IMG/VR virus record: IMGVR_UViG_3300037851_000307
Span: 51,635-115,634 of that record
Source of the DNA: a virus
Taxonomy: Duplodnaviria > Heunggongvirae > Uroviricota > Caudoviricetes
DNA: 64,000 nucleotides
Strand: one strand, 5' to 3'
Shown here: in pieces, positions 31,510 through 40,459 of the stretch
Layout of the letters: each line of letters begins with the position of its first letter
Position numbering within the stretch: position 1 is the first letter of the stretch
Program-made: the position numbers and the translations under genes
The notes under the pieces: model-generated
Seen by the model: only the letters and a program-made list of their open reading frames with translations
What the model was told of the DNA's origin: nothing
Database searches by the model: none

Positions 31510-31663
31510 CAATTGTTTCTTGTAGCGCCCTGATAGCACCAATTAACTGAGTTATCCTAGTGTCTATGTTGCTGAGTTCTTTTTCTACTGTTTCTTTAAA
31601 AACAAGGTGCTGTTCTAGTTCCTGTTGCAGTTGTTTTAGTTGATTTTCTACTATATGTTTCAT
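31442..31663 (-). CDS. hypothetical coiled-coil protein
   Basis: 73 aa; overlaps the 3' end of 31156..31509. Confidence 0.35.
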   Translation of the reverse strand: MKHIVENQLKQLQQELEQHLVFKETVEKELSNIDTRITQLIGAIRALQETIAMIDQSLQTENPQAPDLLPEKN

Positions 31664-32160
31664 TTATAAAACCACGGTTTTGTCGCGTTTGTCCACGACG
31701 GTTTAATCTTATCTTTTTGCCATTTAGTGACCATAGTTTTTCTATAGGCCTCATAAATGTCTTCTTCCTCTTTATACAAAGAACAGTTAGGAAAAGGCGT
31801 TTGTTTGCCTTCAGGTAAGTACTTAATGGCATCTTTTAAGCGCTGAAGGTTTGTGTCACCCCAATGCTCATGTCCATATCGCATCTTAAACTCAATAAGC
31901 AGGCCCATCATATGTTGCCAAAGCCATAAATAGTTGTCTTGGTTTTGCCTAGCCCAAACTGTACATGGGTGATTTTTGTGCGCTATCCTGTAGCCTTTTC
32001 CAGTTTGTTTAGCTATGGGGAGCTCAGATTCCGGACACCCATGTATGATAAGGGCCGTTGCCAACATCTGGCATGATTCGGTTATCATCTTATTGACGCG
32101 CTTATCGTCTAGGGCCGACGCGCTCTTAATGGGGTCCGGATCTGTCACAAAGATATTCAT
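31660..32160 (-). CDS. possible pyrimidine-dimer DNA glycosylase (T4 endonuclease V/DenV-like)
   Basis: Recalled similarity to T4 endoV: N-terminal 'MNIFVTDPDPIKSASALDDKRV' versus '[24 protein letters not shown]', and C-terminal 'KPWFYK' versus 'PTWYKYYG'. From memory only. Confidence 0.4.
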   Translation of the reverse strand: MNIFVTDPDPIKSASALDDKRVNKMITESCQMLATALIIHGCPESELPIAKQTGKGYRIAHKNHPCTVWARQNQDNYLWLWQHMMGLLIEFKMRYGHEHWGDTNLQRLKDAIKYLPEGKQTPFPNCSLYKEEEDIYEAYRKTMVTKWQKDKIKPSWTNATKPWFYK

Positions 32161-32197
32161 TGGTGCTCCGATGGATATTATACGGATCTGATCGGTA

Positions 32198-32674
32198 TTG
32201 CCTTGGGCCCAGTTTCTGGTAAGATGGAATGGTGGTTATTATATGGTACAAAAGGGGTCTACTGTGAGTGACAATTCGTACGTCAATAAGAGCATCGATA
32301 AGCTTGAGAAGGCTATTGAAAAAATTGATGAAAAATGCGACAACATAGATAAAACTGTTGCCCTATTTGGTCAGCGATTTGAAGAGCACTTAAAGCAAGA
32401 TGAGAAGATGTACGAAGAGTTCAAGCGTATGGTTGATATCTTAGCTGAAAACACCGCAGACATGAAACACCATATTTCTAGAACAGATGAACTTCAAGAT
32501 TTAGTTGTAGCTTTAAATAACCGTTTAACTCCAATAGAACAAGAAAAATTAAAGAAAGAAGCAGTAAAAGAATTCCTTATGGAAAGAGCTGCTAAATGGG
32601 GTAAGGTTACGGGAGCGATCATAAGTGTGTTAACTATTGCTTACTATATAGTTAAACTTACACAAGGCACTTAA
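32198..32674 (+). CDS. hypothetical protein with C-terminal TM helix
   Basis: 158 aa, coiled-coil plus 'AIISVLTIAYYIV'. Confidence 0.45.
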   Translation: MPWAQFLVRWNGGYYMVQKGSTVSDNSYVNKSIDKLEKAIEKIDEKCDNIDKTVALFGQRFEEHLKQDEKMYEEFKRMVDILAENTADMKHHISRTDELQDLVVALNNRLTPIEQEKLKKEAVKEFLMERAAKWGKVTGAIISVLTIAYYIVKLTQGT

Positions 32675-32705
32675 ATGATATAATGGTATTACTTACGGAG
32701 AACAT

Positions 32706-32984
32706 ATGTTAACTAAAAAAACTAAACAAAGACTTACAAACGCCCTAACTAGAAAAACACTAGCGGATGAGTTTGAAGCCAAACTTACAACTCCTGGTGC
32801 ATTAAGCTCAAAACTTAAGAGAGCAATTGAAGTTGCTTTTGCAAGTAAGGCTGCAGCATTAGATATTATTGCTAAGCTTCAAAGTGGTCCAGGTGCTTTA
32901 AAGAAAGACACTAAGGCTAGAATCTTGGCTGAAATGGCTGAAAAGAAAGCTGCTAACGAAGTTATTAACGACTTAGAATCTTAA
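32706..32984 (+). CDS. hypothetical protein
   Basis: 92 aa; RBS 'ggagaacatATG'. Confidence 0.4.
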   Translation: MLTKKTKQRLTNALTRKTLADEFEAKLTTPGALSSKLKRAIEVAFASKAAALDIIAKLQSGPGALKKDTKARILAEMAEKKAANEVINDLES

Positions 32985-33385
32985 TATAGGGCTCGCAGGA
33001 CATACTTGTTTAGTTCTGCGAGCTTATTTCTAATATAATCCCTATCATTCAATTTTCTATTACGCCCTGAGGGATGGGGCATCGCAAAATGATCAATCTG
33101 GGCATGTTTTAGAACGTTTTCGGCCGTTTTTCCGACCGCTATTATCTTGTAATTTTTAAAACTTTCAAGTTGCGTCCGGATGGGATTTATCTGATGAGAG
33201 TTGAGGGGCTTATTGTTCTCTGTTTTCTCATTACTTACATTAATGAAGTGTAGGTCAGCAGGTATACCTGCAAACCACTTATCAATGGTCTTACGGGACT
33301 TTGTAGATGGGTGAAACGCTGAGTTGTCAGGTGATGCTTGTGATGGATTGCTGCCGACAATTAAGACCTTAAGCATCTTCTCCAC
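32981..33385 (-). CDS. hypothetical protein (GSNPS…HPSGRN motifs, possibly UDG-superfamily-like)
   Basis: 134 aa; weak resemblance to family 4/5 UDG motifs; start lies in the conserved junction motif. Confidence 0.35.
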   Translation of the reverse strand: MEKMLKVLIVGSNPSQASPDNSAFHPSTKSRKTIDKWFAGIPADLHFINVSNEKTENNKPLNSHQINPIRTQLESFKNYKIIAVGKTAENVLKHAQIDHFAMPHPSGRNRKLNDRDYIRNKLAELNKYVLRALY

Positions 33386-33650
33386 CTAAGATAATCTGGT
33401 CAATCATATACTCGTTATACTTTTCTTGTAATAGCTTGTTACCCTTCTCACAAATATCTTTAATCGGGTCATAATCCTTCTTGTCAGAAAGAAAAACCAA
33501 ATGTGATACTTTGATCACTTGAGTAAAGTGCTCTTGCGTTTTCATGTTTATGACAACGGCTGTATAAGACCTATATAAGTCCACCATTGCATTCTCATAA
33601 ATACGTAACTCAAAGCAGCCTAATGTGTGTTTAAATTCTGGTTGTGTCAT
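33369..33650 (-). CDS. small protein ending in -IILGGEDA
   Basis: 93 aa; its 3' end overlaps the junction motif. Confidence 0.45.
   Translation of the reverse strand: MTQPEFKHTLGCFELRIYENAMVDLYRSYTAVVINMKTQEHFTQVIKVSHLVFLSDKKDYDPIKDICEKGNKLLQEKYNEYMIDQIILGGEDA
33375..33398 (-). promoter_or_regulatory. conserved gene-junction motif AGATTATCTTAGGTGGAGAAGATG (instance 1)
   Basis: Encodes -IILGGED of the upstream ORF plus the SD GGTGGAG and start codon of the downstream ORF. Confidence 0.5.
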
Positions 33651-34099
33651 TTTGCCCTATAAGTTAATTCTAAGAAACCTTCAGGAGTATCTAGTACATC
33701 AATAGATAAATCCTTCATCTGACAAATATTATCAAAGTCTCTGTACTTTTCTTTTGCAATAACGCGCGTAATACCACATTGCCACAATAGTCGCATACAT
33801 GCTGCACATGGAGTTAATGTACATACAAGTGTTGTATCTTCCATAGAAACGCCATGCCGCGCGCAGTTGGCGATTAGATTCTGCTCTGAGTGAACTATGT
33901 ATGGGTATTTTTCTGGTCTAGTGTTAGGTAATTCACTATCGTCTGCGCCTCTCACGAAGCCATTAAAACCTGTTGCTATGATTGCACCGGTTTTATTGTT
34001 GACAAGCACAGAACCTACTTGAGTTTCAGCGTCATGTGACCTAGCTGACACTGCTACGCTAACATCCATGTACGTCTGAAGCTTAGTTGGCCTAGTCAT
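33647..34099 (-). CDS. dCMP (deoxycytidylate) deaminase
   Basis: 'HAETQ…' and 'TLTPCAAC' match the CDA-fold H(A/C)E … PCxxC zinc motifs; about 150 aa, typical of phage dCMP deaminases. Confidence 0.85.
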   Translation of the reverse strand: MTRPTKLQTYMDVSVAVSARSHDAETQVGSVLVNNKTGAIIATGFNGFVRGADDSELPNTRPEKYPYIVHSEQNLIANCARHGVSMEDTTLVCTLTPCAACMRLLWQCGITRVIAKEKYRDFDNICQMKDLSIDVLDTPEGFLELTYRAK

Positions 34100-34946
34100 G
34101 TAATGCGCTCCTTGGTTTTGTGAAATACCAATAACGTCTCGCTGTGACTATTTCGTTCTCAAATATCTCTGGATCAGTAGAGTATCTGCTGTTAATGGGT
34201 TTAACTTTTAACATCATAATGTCTTTAATAGAATTTTGACTTGCCCATGTGAGTGCAGACTGTTTTCGCCACGAAGTTAGAGATGCACCAAGTGGACCCA
34301 CATTTATCTCTGCAAGCAAAGGAAATTCTATAGAGACTATCTCTAGTTCATCTACAGAATAACATGTATCTTTATCATATGTCCTATATATTCTGTCGCC
34401 TGGTTTTAACTTTTTAAATGCTTCTCTTGCTAAAGCTGATGTAGATGTATTTTCTCTTATTGCTCTATTTTGTTTTCTGATTTGTTCTCTTTTGGCTTTG
34501 TTATTTTTAAAAGCCTCCAGTGGATCAAAAGACTTTTCATCATCAGACAAGATGACGTGCGCAACTTGATCTGGGTCTTGCTCGAACCACTGATTATCTA
34601 GATCGATAGAAGTACAACTCATAACAGAGACGCCTTCTTTGCCATTTGTAGATATTACTTTTACGTAAGGTATACCATATTCATCTATGTGAATGCACTT
34701 ATATTTTCTTGGAACGGGTGACGAGTAGCTCACTTTTTCTACTGAAACTTCTGTTTGACCAGTTGATCGATTGTATCCCATCATTTTTCTTACTAAGATA
34801 TCACCAACATCAAAATTAAGTTTATGGCGATTTTTCAAGAATCTGTGTGCCTCAGACTCTTTCATTGCAATTTCTACTCTTTTTTTATCTTGCTCGGATA
34901 GTGTATCTATTAGATTGCCGGGATAGTTTGGATCTGCATGACTCAT
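34092..34946 (-). CDS. hypothetical protein
   Basis: 284 aa. Confidence 0.55.
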   Translation of the reverse strand: MSHADPNYPGNLIDTLSEQDKKRVEIAMKESEAHRFLKNRHKLNFDVGDILVRKMMGYNRSTGQTEVSVEKVSYSSPVPRKYKCIHIDEYGIPYVKVISTNGKEGVSVMSCTSIDLDNQWFEQDPDQVAHVILSDDEKSFDPLEAFKNNKAKREQIRKQNRAIRENTSTSALAREAFKKLKPGDRIYRTYDKDTCYSVDELEIVSIEFPLLAEINVGPLGASLTSWRKQSALTWASQNSIKDIMMLKVKPINSRYSTDPEIFENEIVTARRYWYFTKPRSALHD

Positions 34947-34973
34947 GTATAATACCCTTTTGGGATATTATAC

Positions 34974-35222
34974 CTAATCTTGTAATGGAAAACGTTCGCA
35001 CTTGTCGCAGATCATGTATTCATCGTCAGAATCTGGTTGCTTTCTGTAAACCCATTTATGCGGTGGACAGTTTTCTTTTTTCTTCTGTAGTGCCATTGCT
35101 TGCTGCTGAGATAATGCTTCAGCTTCTCCAAGCTTTTTAATGAAATAAATAACTCCAATAACCAACAGTACTGTTATCAAACTATCCATCGATGTCCTCA
35201 TCATTTTCTGATGTTGAATCAC
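34974..35222 (-). CDS. small membrane-anchored Cys protein
   Basis: N-terminal TM helix, C-terminal 'CDKCERF'. Confidence 0.4.
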   Translation of the reverse strand: MIQHQKMMRTSMDSLITVLLVIGVIYFIKKLGEAEALSQQQAMALQKKKENCPPHKWVYRKQPDSDDEYMICDKCERFPLQD

Positions 35223-35421
35223 TGTCTATTTTAGACGTTAGATCGCTATCAGGTATTACAGGAACCTCTCCACCATCACCCTTTGGTTTAAGCTTTTTAA
35301 CCTTAACCTTCTGCACTACTTTTCCTCTAATAGGACAGTTGAATGTGATTTCTTGTTCCACTTCTTCTAATACATTTGGGTCTTGTTTCTTTTGAATTTT
35401 CTTGGTTTTCTTTTTAGCCAT
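35182..35421 (-). CDS. small basic protein
   Basis: 79 aa, KKKTKKIQKK N-terminus. Confidence 0.4.
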   Translation of the reverse strand: MAKKKTKKIQKKQDPNVLEEVEQEITFNCPIRGKVVQKVKVKKLKPKGDGGEVPVIPDSDLTSKIDSDSTSENDEDIDG

Positions 35422-35964
35422 CTAAACCTGCAACTTTTTCCATTCGTTGATGATAATACCTTTTACTGCGTCAGCGTATGCTTTAACTGGCTTTGGTAAG
35501 TTATTTTGTCTAGCGAACTTTAACCAGTTAGCAAGCGGACCACTTATTATGATCTCATTATATACACTAACTGGGCTATTAACTTGCGATATAAAGCGGT
35601 CACATCCATCTTTTTGGTATGCTGCTGGATTTATTAGAAGTGCATCTTGTGTTCTTTTTAGATCGTCTGCTATATCATGTGCTACTTCTAGATTTTGCCC
35701 ACCGACGTCTGTTATATCAGGAGTAAAAGCTTCTAATGAGTCAACGGGGAGATCGACAACATTAAAGTTAAACTTCATGAGATTTAACTGGACGAACAGT
35801 GGGCACTTGATAACTAAAGTCATAGAAGATAAAGCGTACAAGTTTTGATCAAGGTTCTTTTTAAGAAGCTCAACAGAGATTTTATGTAATAAATCTCCAT
35901 CGTTTGATGTGGACATCAAAGCAACATAACCTTTATCTAGTACGTTTATCTTATTGAGTAACAT
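35422..35964 (-). CDS. hypothetical protein
   Basis: 180 aa. Confidence 0.5.
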   Translation of the reverse strand: MLLNKINVLDKGYVALMSTSNDGDLLHKISVELLKKNLDQNLYALSSMTLVIKCPLFVQLNLMKFNFNVVDLPVDSLEAFTPDITDVGGQNLEVAHDIADDLKRTQDALLINPAAYQKDGCDRFISQVNSPVSVYNEIIISGPLANWLKFARQNNLPKPVKAYADAVKGIIINEWKKLQV

Positions 35965-35965
35965 A

Positions 35966-36220
35966 TTATTTCTTTACAAACCTGTAGTATAGTTCAAATG
36001 GTGTAGCTATTATCATAGCTACTATGATGGCCACAAGTATACCAGGTATAGAGGCAACCATTCCAGACACTCTTAAAAACTTTTCAAGTCTTGTTTCTGG
36101 GGTGAAATCCCATGACGTTAAGTGATCATCAAGAGTTAGCATAGTATGGGCAACTAAAATAGTATATGCAACTAGACATAAGCTACCAAAGATGATTTGA
36201 CCTATAGATAAAGTTATCAT
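35966..36220 (-). CDS. small two-TM membrane protein
   Basis: 84 aa, two hydrophobic helices. Confidence 0.45.
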   Translation of the reverse strand: MITLSIGQIIFGSLCLVAYTILVAHTMLTLDDHLTSWDFTPETRLEKFLRVSGMVASIPGILVAIIVAMIIATPFELYYRFVKK

Positions 36221-36744
36221 AAGTCTTCTTCCTCATCATCTTGAGTGGTAGCAGGAGCCGTAGACTTTTCTTCTTCAAGAGGATTACGTGGATCTTCTGT
36301 TTTATCTGCAGACAAGATAGTTGCAGTATGTGTGAAATCGCCTTGCTGCAAGATAGCATCTTCGATGATACCTTCAGCAACTAAATCTTGCCAGTGGGCT
36401 TCGATGTAATCGATAGTTTTTTCATCCAAGAACTGGATAGGCTTTGTTCTATCTTTATCCATGATGATAACTTTTGCGTGGTGTTGATGCTGCTCCCACA
36501 TGTAGCCAACTTCTTCAACCATCTCAAGATACTCATATGGACCATGGGCTGTTGAAGTTAAGTAGCGACCTTTATCTCTTGGACCTGTATTTACTGCAAC
36601 CATGTAAGTTTTGCCTCTTAAAGGCTCTAAATCCATGTTTGCAAACTCAGCTATAAAGCCTTCGTCGCTTGTTTTATTGATTGTTGTTGGAACTGCTGCG
36701 GCAGCTGGTATATTAGCTGAACCGTTCATCTGTTGATCGCTCAT
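36217..36744 (-). CDS. hypothetical protein with acidic C-terminus
   Basis: 175 aa. Confidence 0.5.
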   Translation of the reverse strand: MSDQQMNGSANIPAAAAVPTTINKTSDEGFIAEFANMDLEPLRGKTYMVAVNTGPRDKGRYLTSTAHGPYEYLEMVEEVGYMWEQHQHHAKVIIMDKDRTKPIQFLDEKTIDYIEAHWQDLVAEGIIEDAILQQGDFTHTATILSADKTEDPRNPLEEEKSTAPATTQDDEEEDL

Positions 36745-36776
36745 ATTATCTCCCCGTTTTCTATATGTCGAATCTG

Positions 36777-37241
36777 TTATGGTTTCAATACCTCTTCATC
36801 CACAGTAGCATCAGTGTGCGCAGCAAGAAGGTCATCTAGTGATATACCTACGTCAGTAGGTTCTAGATGAATAGAGTAATCTACGTTAAATATTGGTCTT
36901 GAGTTTGGTTGTTTTTTCAAAGCAAATCTTCTATACTTTCTGTTATATCTATCTTCACGTTCCTGTAGAAGTTGTTCTCTATCTGATAATGGAGCTGATA
37001 TGGTATTGATACTATGTAAATGCTTTGTTATTAGTAGTTTATCAATAACCTGTTGTCTGAGTTCTGCAGGTATCTGCTTAAATGCTTCAAGCTTTAAGTT
37101 TTTTTCAACTAAAAGTCGCTGTCTTGTTAGTTCTTCTAACTCTGTTTTTTGTTCATCAGTTAGTCCACTTTCATCTAAGTGGTGTCTCAATGAGTCTAAG
37201 AATTCATCTGTTTCTATGTCGATAAATATCTGCTTACTCAT
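36777..37241 (-). CDS. hypothetical protein
   Basis: 154 aa. Confidence 0.5.
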   Translation of the reverse strand: MSKQIFIDIETDEFLDSLRHHLDESGLTDEQKTELEELTRQRLLVEKNLKLEAFKQIPAELRQQVIDKLLITKHLHSINTISAPLSDREQLLQEREDRYNRKYRRFALKKQPNSRPIFNVDYSIHLEPTDVGISLDDLLAAHTDATVDEEVLKP

Positions 37242-37684
37242 CGTTCACCTCTTAATTTAAGTACCGCTTGCATTGCGACAATCATCTCTTCATGAGATAA
37301 ATGAATATTTCTTATTTGATTGCAGCTTCCACAACAAGGAACAACATTACTCAACTCATATCCTTTTAGATTATCTAATCTATCTAAACCAACTCCAGTT
37401 TCTTTAGATATATCTTTTTTACAGTAAAGACAACCATTGGATATCAGTTTAGAATAAGTTTCAAAAGATAAACTTATAAACAACTTTTGGTGATTACACT
37501 TAAACTGTAATTTTTGAAACCTTCTCCAAGGTTTAGTGGCAATTGTTTTTTGATAAGAATTTGTTCTATCAGAATATCTTTTTGCAACATCAGGACTTCT
37601 TCTATAGCAAAGCCTAGAACAATATACTTTATCTTTTCTTTTACAATCAAAAGATTTTAAACACGTTACACACTGTTTTGTCAT
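37238..37684 (-). CDS. HNH endonuclease (HNH_3-like)
   Basis: Cys clusters plus 'GLDRLDNLKGYELSNVVPCCGSCN'; paralogous to 55545..56093. Confidence 0.75.
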   Translation of the reverse strand: MTKQCVTCLKSFDCKRKDKVYCSRLCYRRSPDVAKRYSDRTNSYQKTIATKPWRRFQKLQFKCNHQKLFISLSFETYSKLISNGCLYCKKDISKETGVGLDRLDNLKGYELSNVVPCCGSCNQIRNIHLSHEEMIVAMQAVLKLRGER

Positions 37685-38442
37685 TTTTCTCCAAGCATTT
37701 TCAGCACTTTATCTTCATCTCTTTCATATATATGAAGACTATGAACAATGTGTGTATATGTTCCTTTTGTTAAGTTGGGGTATTTTTCTTTTAGTTCATC
37801 TATCATTTTGTCCATAAGTGAAATAAACCACGGTAGATCATAAGCCAAACCTAACACTAAATCATTACTTCTCATGACTACAGTGAAATAAAGTTTGTCT
37901 TCTCTTATTAGAAAGTTTCCATTAAGTGTACATGTTTGATCCTTGTTACCCATCCACTGATGTTCAGGTAAAGAGAAGCGCAAAATTGCCTGTCGTGTAT
38001 CTTTATCTGCCAACAGACACTGCTTCGCCCATTCCCATGGTGTTCTGTATTCACCAACACCATTTTTATGCTCATAAAACTCGTTACCATGAGAAGCATT
38101 CTTCCATATAAGATATCCATAAGCAGAATTAACCGTTCCATCTGGATTAGCGATGGTACCCCAGAACTTAGAGGCTTTTACAAAGTCTTCTACTTTATTA
38201 GAGCATGAGTTGTATAGTTCTACTTCTTTGGCTGTATAGGATTCAATGATCTTATTGCGTTCTGCGTCTTTTGTAGTAATAGCTTTGGCAGTTGGATTAG
38301 CAATAGAAAAGCTATAATCAAGGCTCTCACGAACTGGAATGCCGCGAGGACTAGACCGAAAATCGTAATTATAATAGATATCACGAAGAGTCCCAAGGTA
38401 CGCTTCATCGATGTTATCGTAGAGTTTTCTTCCATTTCCCAT
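37681..38442 (-). CDS. deoxypyrimidylate hydroxymethylase (thymidylate-synthase superfamily, T4 gp42-like)
   Basis: Motifs 'VNSAYGYLIW', 'TCTLNGNFLIREDKLYFTVVMRSNDLVLGLAYDLPWF' and 'HSLHIYERD' parallel the TS/dCMP-HMase motifs (xNSxYGxxIW; CTxxxQ…MRSND…G…D; SLHxY). At 253 aa it is gp42-sized. Confidence 0.7.
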   Translation of the reverse strand: MGNGRKLYDNIDEAYLGTLRDIYYNYDFRSSPRGIPVRESLDYSFSIANPTAKAITTKDAERNKIIESYTAKEVELYNSCSNKVEDFVKASKFWGTIANPDGTVNSAYGYLIWKNASHGNEFYEHKNGVGEYRTPWEWAKQCLLADKDTRQAILRFSLPEHQWMGNKDQTCTLNGNFLIREDKLYFTVVMRSNDLVLGLAYDLPWFISLMDKMIDELKEKYPNLTKGTYTHIVHSLHIYERDEDKVLKMLGEK

Positions 38443-38829
38443 CTATTCTCCTGGTTCGCTTTCGAACAGTACTTCTTCCAGGTTGGCATGACGTACGCCA
38501 TAGCCATAACGCTTTTTAGTTAGTTTCTTCATTAGTTGACCAGTACGATTAAACAAATGCTGAAACACAAAAGTAGATTCTTTAACGCTCTTACCTTCTT
38601 TTGTCTTGTAGTCTGGATTGTAGTTCTGTAGCGCGACTACGACTTCAGTGCGTAAGTATTGCCTGAAGTCTCGCATTGTGTAGCCTGTGTTGCCAATTGA
38701 TATGTGATCCTGGTCTTTTCTCTGGCTTGCTTCATTCCAGTTTTTAACTATAGAATCACGGATATAACTTTCAACCATCGCTTCGTATTTGAATATGTCC
38801 TCATTAGTTACTTTCCGTTCTTTGCTCAT
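38443..38829 (-). CDS. hypothetical protein
   Basis: 128 aa. Confidence 0.5.
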   Translation of the reverse strand: MSKERKVTNEDIFKYEAMVESYIRDSIVKNWNEASQRKDQDHISIGNTGYTMRDFRQYLRTEVVVALQNYNPDYKTKEGKSVKESTFVFQHLFNRTGQLMKKLTKKRYGYGVRHANLEEVLFESEPGE

Positions 38830-39341
38830 CTTCTACCTTTTCGCCGTTTTTTAGCCGGCATGTGTTCTGGCTTAAAATTCTTTATATAGTAAGCTTCTAA
38901 GAAAGCTGCAGTGTTTTTTAATGCAGCTTCATCTTGATTCTCCTCAGCTTCAGCTACAGCTTTATATGTATATAACAATAAATCTACGTACTGATTTTGA
39001 TTAAAGATGTAATGTTTATACCACACTCTAAGGGGTTTTTGTTTGTCGTCAGTGAATTTTCTGTTAATAAATTCCGTTAAGGTACGCGTTGCGATCCATC
39101 GAACTTGATGAAGAGTGGATTCTTGATCTATAGTGACTATTTTTGTTAAGCCATCAGTCTTATTTTGTAGACAAGTCACAACCATGTCGTGCCAAAATTC
39201 ACCATTAAGTGTGTTTTTACTATGTTTATCATGTGTTAATGAAAAGGATCTATCACTCCAAGAGCTTCTTGTTAAGCCATACATTGATTCAACTGGCTCC
39301 ATAGTTTTTATTAAATCTTTAAGTTTTTCACCAATACTCAT
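38826..39341 (-). CDS. hypothetical protein with basic C-terminal tail
   Basis: 171 aa. Confidence 0.5.
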   Translation of the reverse strand: MSIGEKLKDLIKTMEPVESMYGLTRSSWSDRSFSLTHDKHSKNTLNGEFWHDMVVTCLQNKTDGLTKIVTIDQESTLHQVRWIATRTLTEFINRKFTDDKQKPLRVWYKHYIFNQNQYVDLLLYTYKAVAEAEENQDEAALKNTAAFLEAYYIKNFKPEHMPAKKRRKGRR

Positions 39342-40045
39342 ATTGGCTCCTCTTCTATAGAGTAGATAGCATCTCCACTATGTGTCATGACTTTAAACTT
39401 ACAGAAATTTGTTAACGCTGGAAGACTTCCATTTTTTAGATATAACACTATCCAATGACATACTCTATCTGCAAGCTCGACATTTTTAATGTTCCATTTG
39501 TTTTTATTGATGTGAGTGGCAAGACTTTTTCTTATCTCATCAAGCTTACCAGACGTAGATCTTTTACTTAAAGCTGCGCTGCAGCCAAGCAGTTCTGCTA
39601 TTTCGTTACATCTTTCGGTGGTCGTATCTCTATGATTTAACAATAGAATGCCATCTAAGCCTGCTCGACCCATATCTTTAAGAAGATCTTTTTCTTCTAT
39701 TATGCTAACTGTTTTGCGTATTATGAAGGGATCGCCAAAAGCAGTACCGTTCTTAAAATCAAAGGTTACAGCTTTACTGCCTGTTTGTACTATGTCGAAG
39801 TATTTAACTATTTTTTTACATGGTATATCTGTCTTTATATACGGTGCAATCATAGCTGTAATTATAGTTTCATAATCAAGCGTCGTACCATAGTGGTTCT
39901 GAAATAAAGTAAAAAGTTTTTCTAACGAAAGTGGAATCTCATCTGGAACTTCAGAGAGTGCTGTGTTTTTATCTGATATAACTGGCTCAATTGCTTTAAC
40001 CAGCCAATCCATCTCATCATATTGTTTATCGTCAAATAATCCCAT
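39338..40045 (-). CDS. hypothetical protein (start moved to internal Met)
   Basis: The ORF-track start at 40132 lies inside a different-frame small ORF; the Met at 40045 (MGLFDD…) sits 10 nt downstream of an ACCGAATCGA motif. Confidence 0.45.
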   Translation of the reverse strand: MGLFDDKQYDEMDWLVKAIEPVISDKNTALSEVPDEIPLSLEKLFTLFQNHYGTTLDYETIITAMIAPYIKTDIPCKKIVKYFDIVQTGSKAVTFDFKNGTAFGDPFIIRKTVSIIEEKDLLKDMGRAGLDGILLLNHRDTTTERCNEIAELLGCSAALSKRSTSGKLDEIRKSLATHINKNKWNIKNVELADRVCHWIVLYLKNGSLPALTNFCKFKVMTHSGDAIYSIEEEPI

Positions 40046-40049
40046 AGTG

Positions 40050-40229
40050 TTATTTCGATTCGGTAATGTTGTTAAGATTTTTTCTAAGCTCAGATAGTGC
40101 GCAGCCAATACAGTAAACATTATGATCTTCACAAGCTGTAGAGATATTCTTAGCTGCTAGTTCTTTTTCAATACCAGCTATGTTAGCTTCTATCTTTTCT
40201 TTTGGGGTCATTTCAGAGTATTTTTTCAT
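40050..40229 (-). CDS. possible small ORF (59 aa, MKKYSEMTPKEK…)
   Basis: Open frame overlapping the annotated start of the downstream gene; no convincing SD. Confidence 0.25.
   Translation of the reverse strand: MKKYSEMTPKEKIEANIAGIEKELAAKNISTACEDHNVYCIGCALSELRKNLNNITESK
40055..40064 (-). promoter_or_regulatory. ACCGAATCGA motif instance
   Basis: 10 nt upstream of the ATG at 40045. Confidence 0.45.
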
Positions 40230-40242
40230 AAGTAAAATGGAG

Positions 40243-40317
40243 GCGGGAGATATTGCAGTATTCTAGACTACTGAACTCAGATCTAGTGGCCATAACTTAT
40301 CCACTAGAACTCCCGCC
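40243..40317 (-). ncRNA. structured element (nested hairpins closed by GGCGGGAG/CTCCCGCC) 3' of the Ro60 gene
   Basis: 8-bp outer stem enclosing the TCTAGTGG/CCACTAGA hairpin and a TTCTAGA…TCTAG repeat; could be a terminator or a small RNA. Confidence 0.4.
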
Positions 40318-40333
40318 ATGTAATAAAAAGAAA

Positions 40334-40432
40334 GCGACGCTCAATGGATTGTGAATCCATCGTTAACTACCTATTCTAGACTTTCTCCAGAACCCATAGC
40401 TCAGTTTTACGTGGCTAGTTAACCACCGTCGC
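40334..40432 (-). ncRNA. structured element: three hairpins enclosed by GCGACG/CGTCGC
   Basis: ATGGATT/AATCCAT and GTGG…CCAC hairpins inside a 6-bp closing stem; non-coding. Confidence 0.35.
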
Positions 40433-40459
40433 TGCAAACAAATGGCACGTACCAATTGT

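Noticed and set aside
39338-40132. ORF-track start MKIIMF at 40132 for the gene ending at 39338
   Set aside because: That ATG lies inside a different-frame upstream small ORF; the internal Met at 40045, directly downstream of the ACCGAATCGA motif, is the more plausible start.
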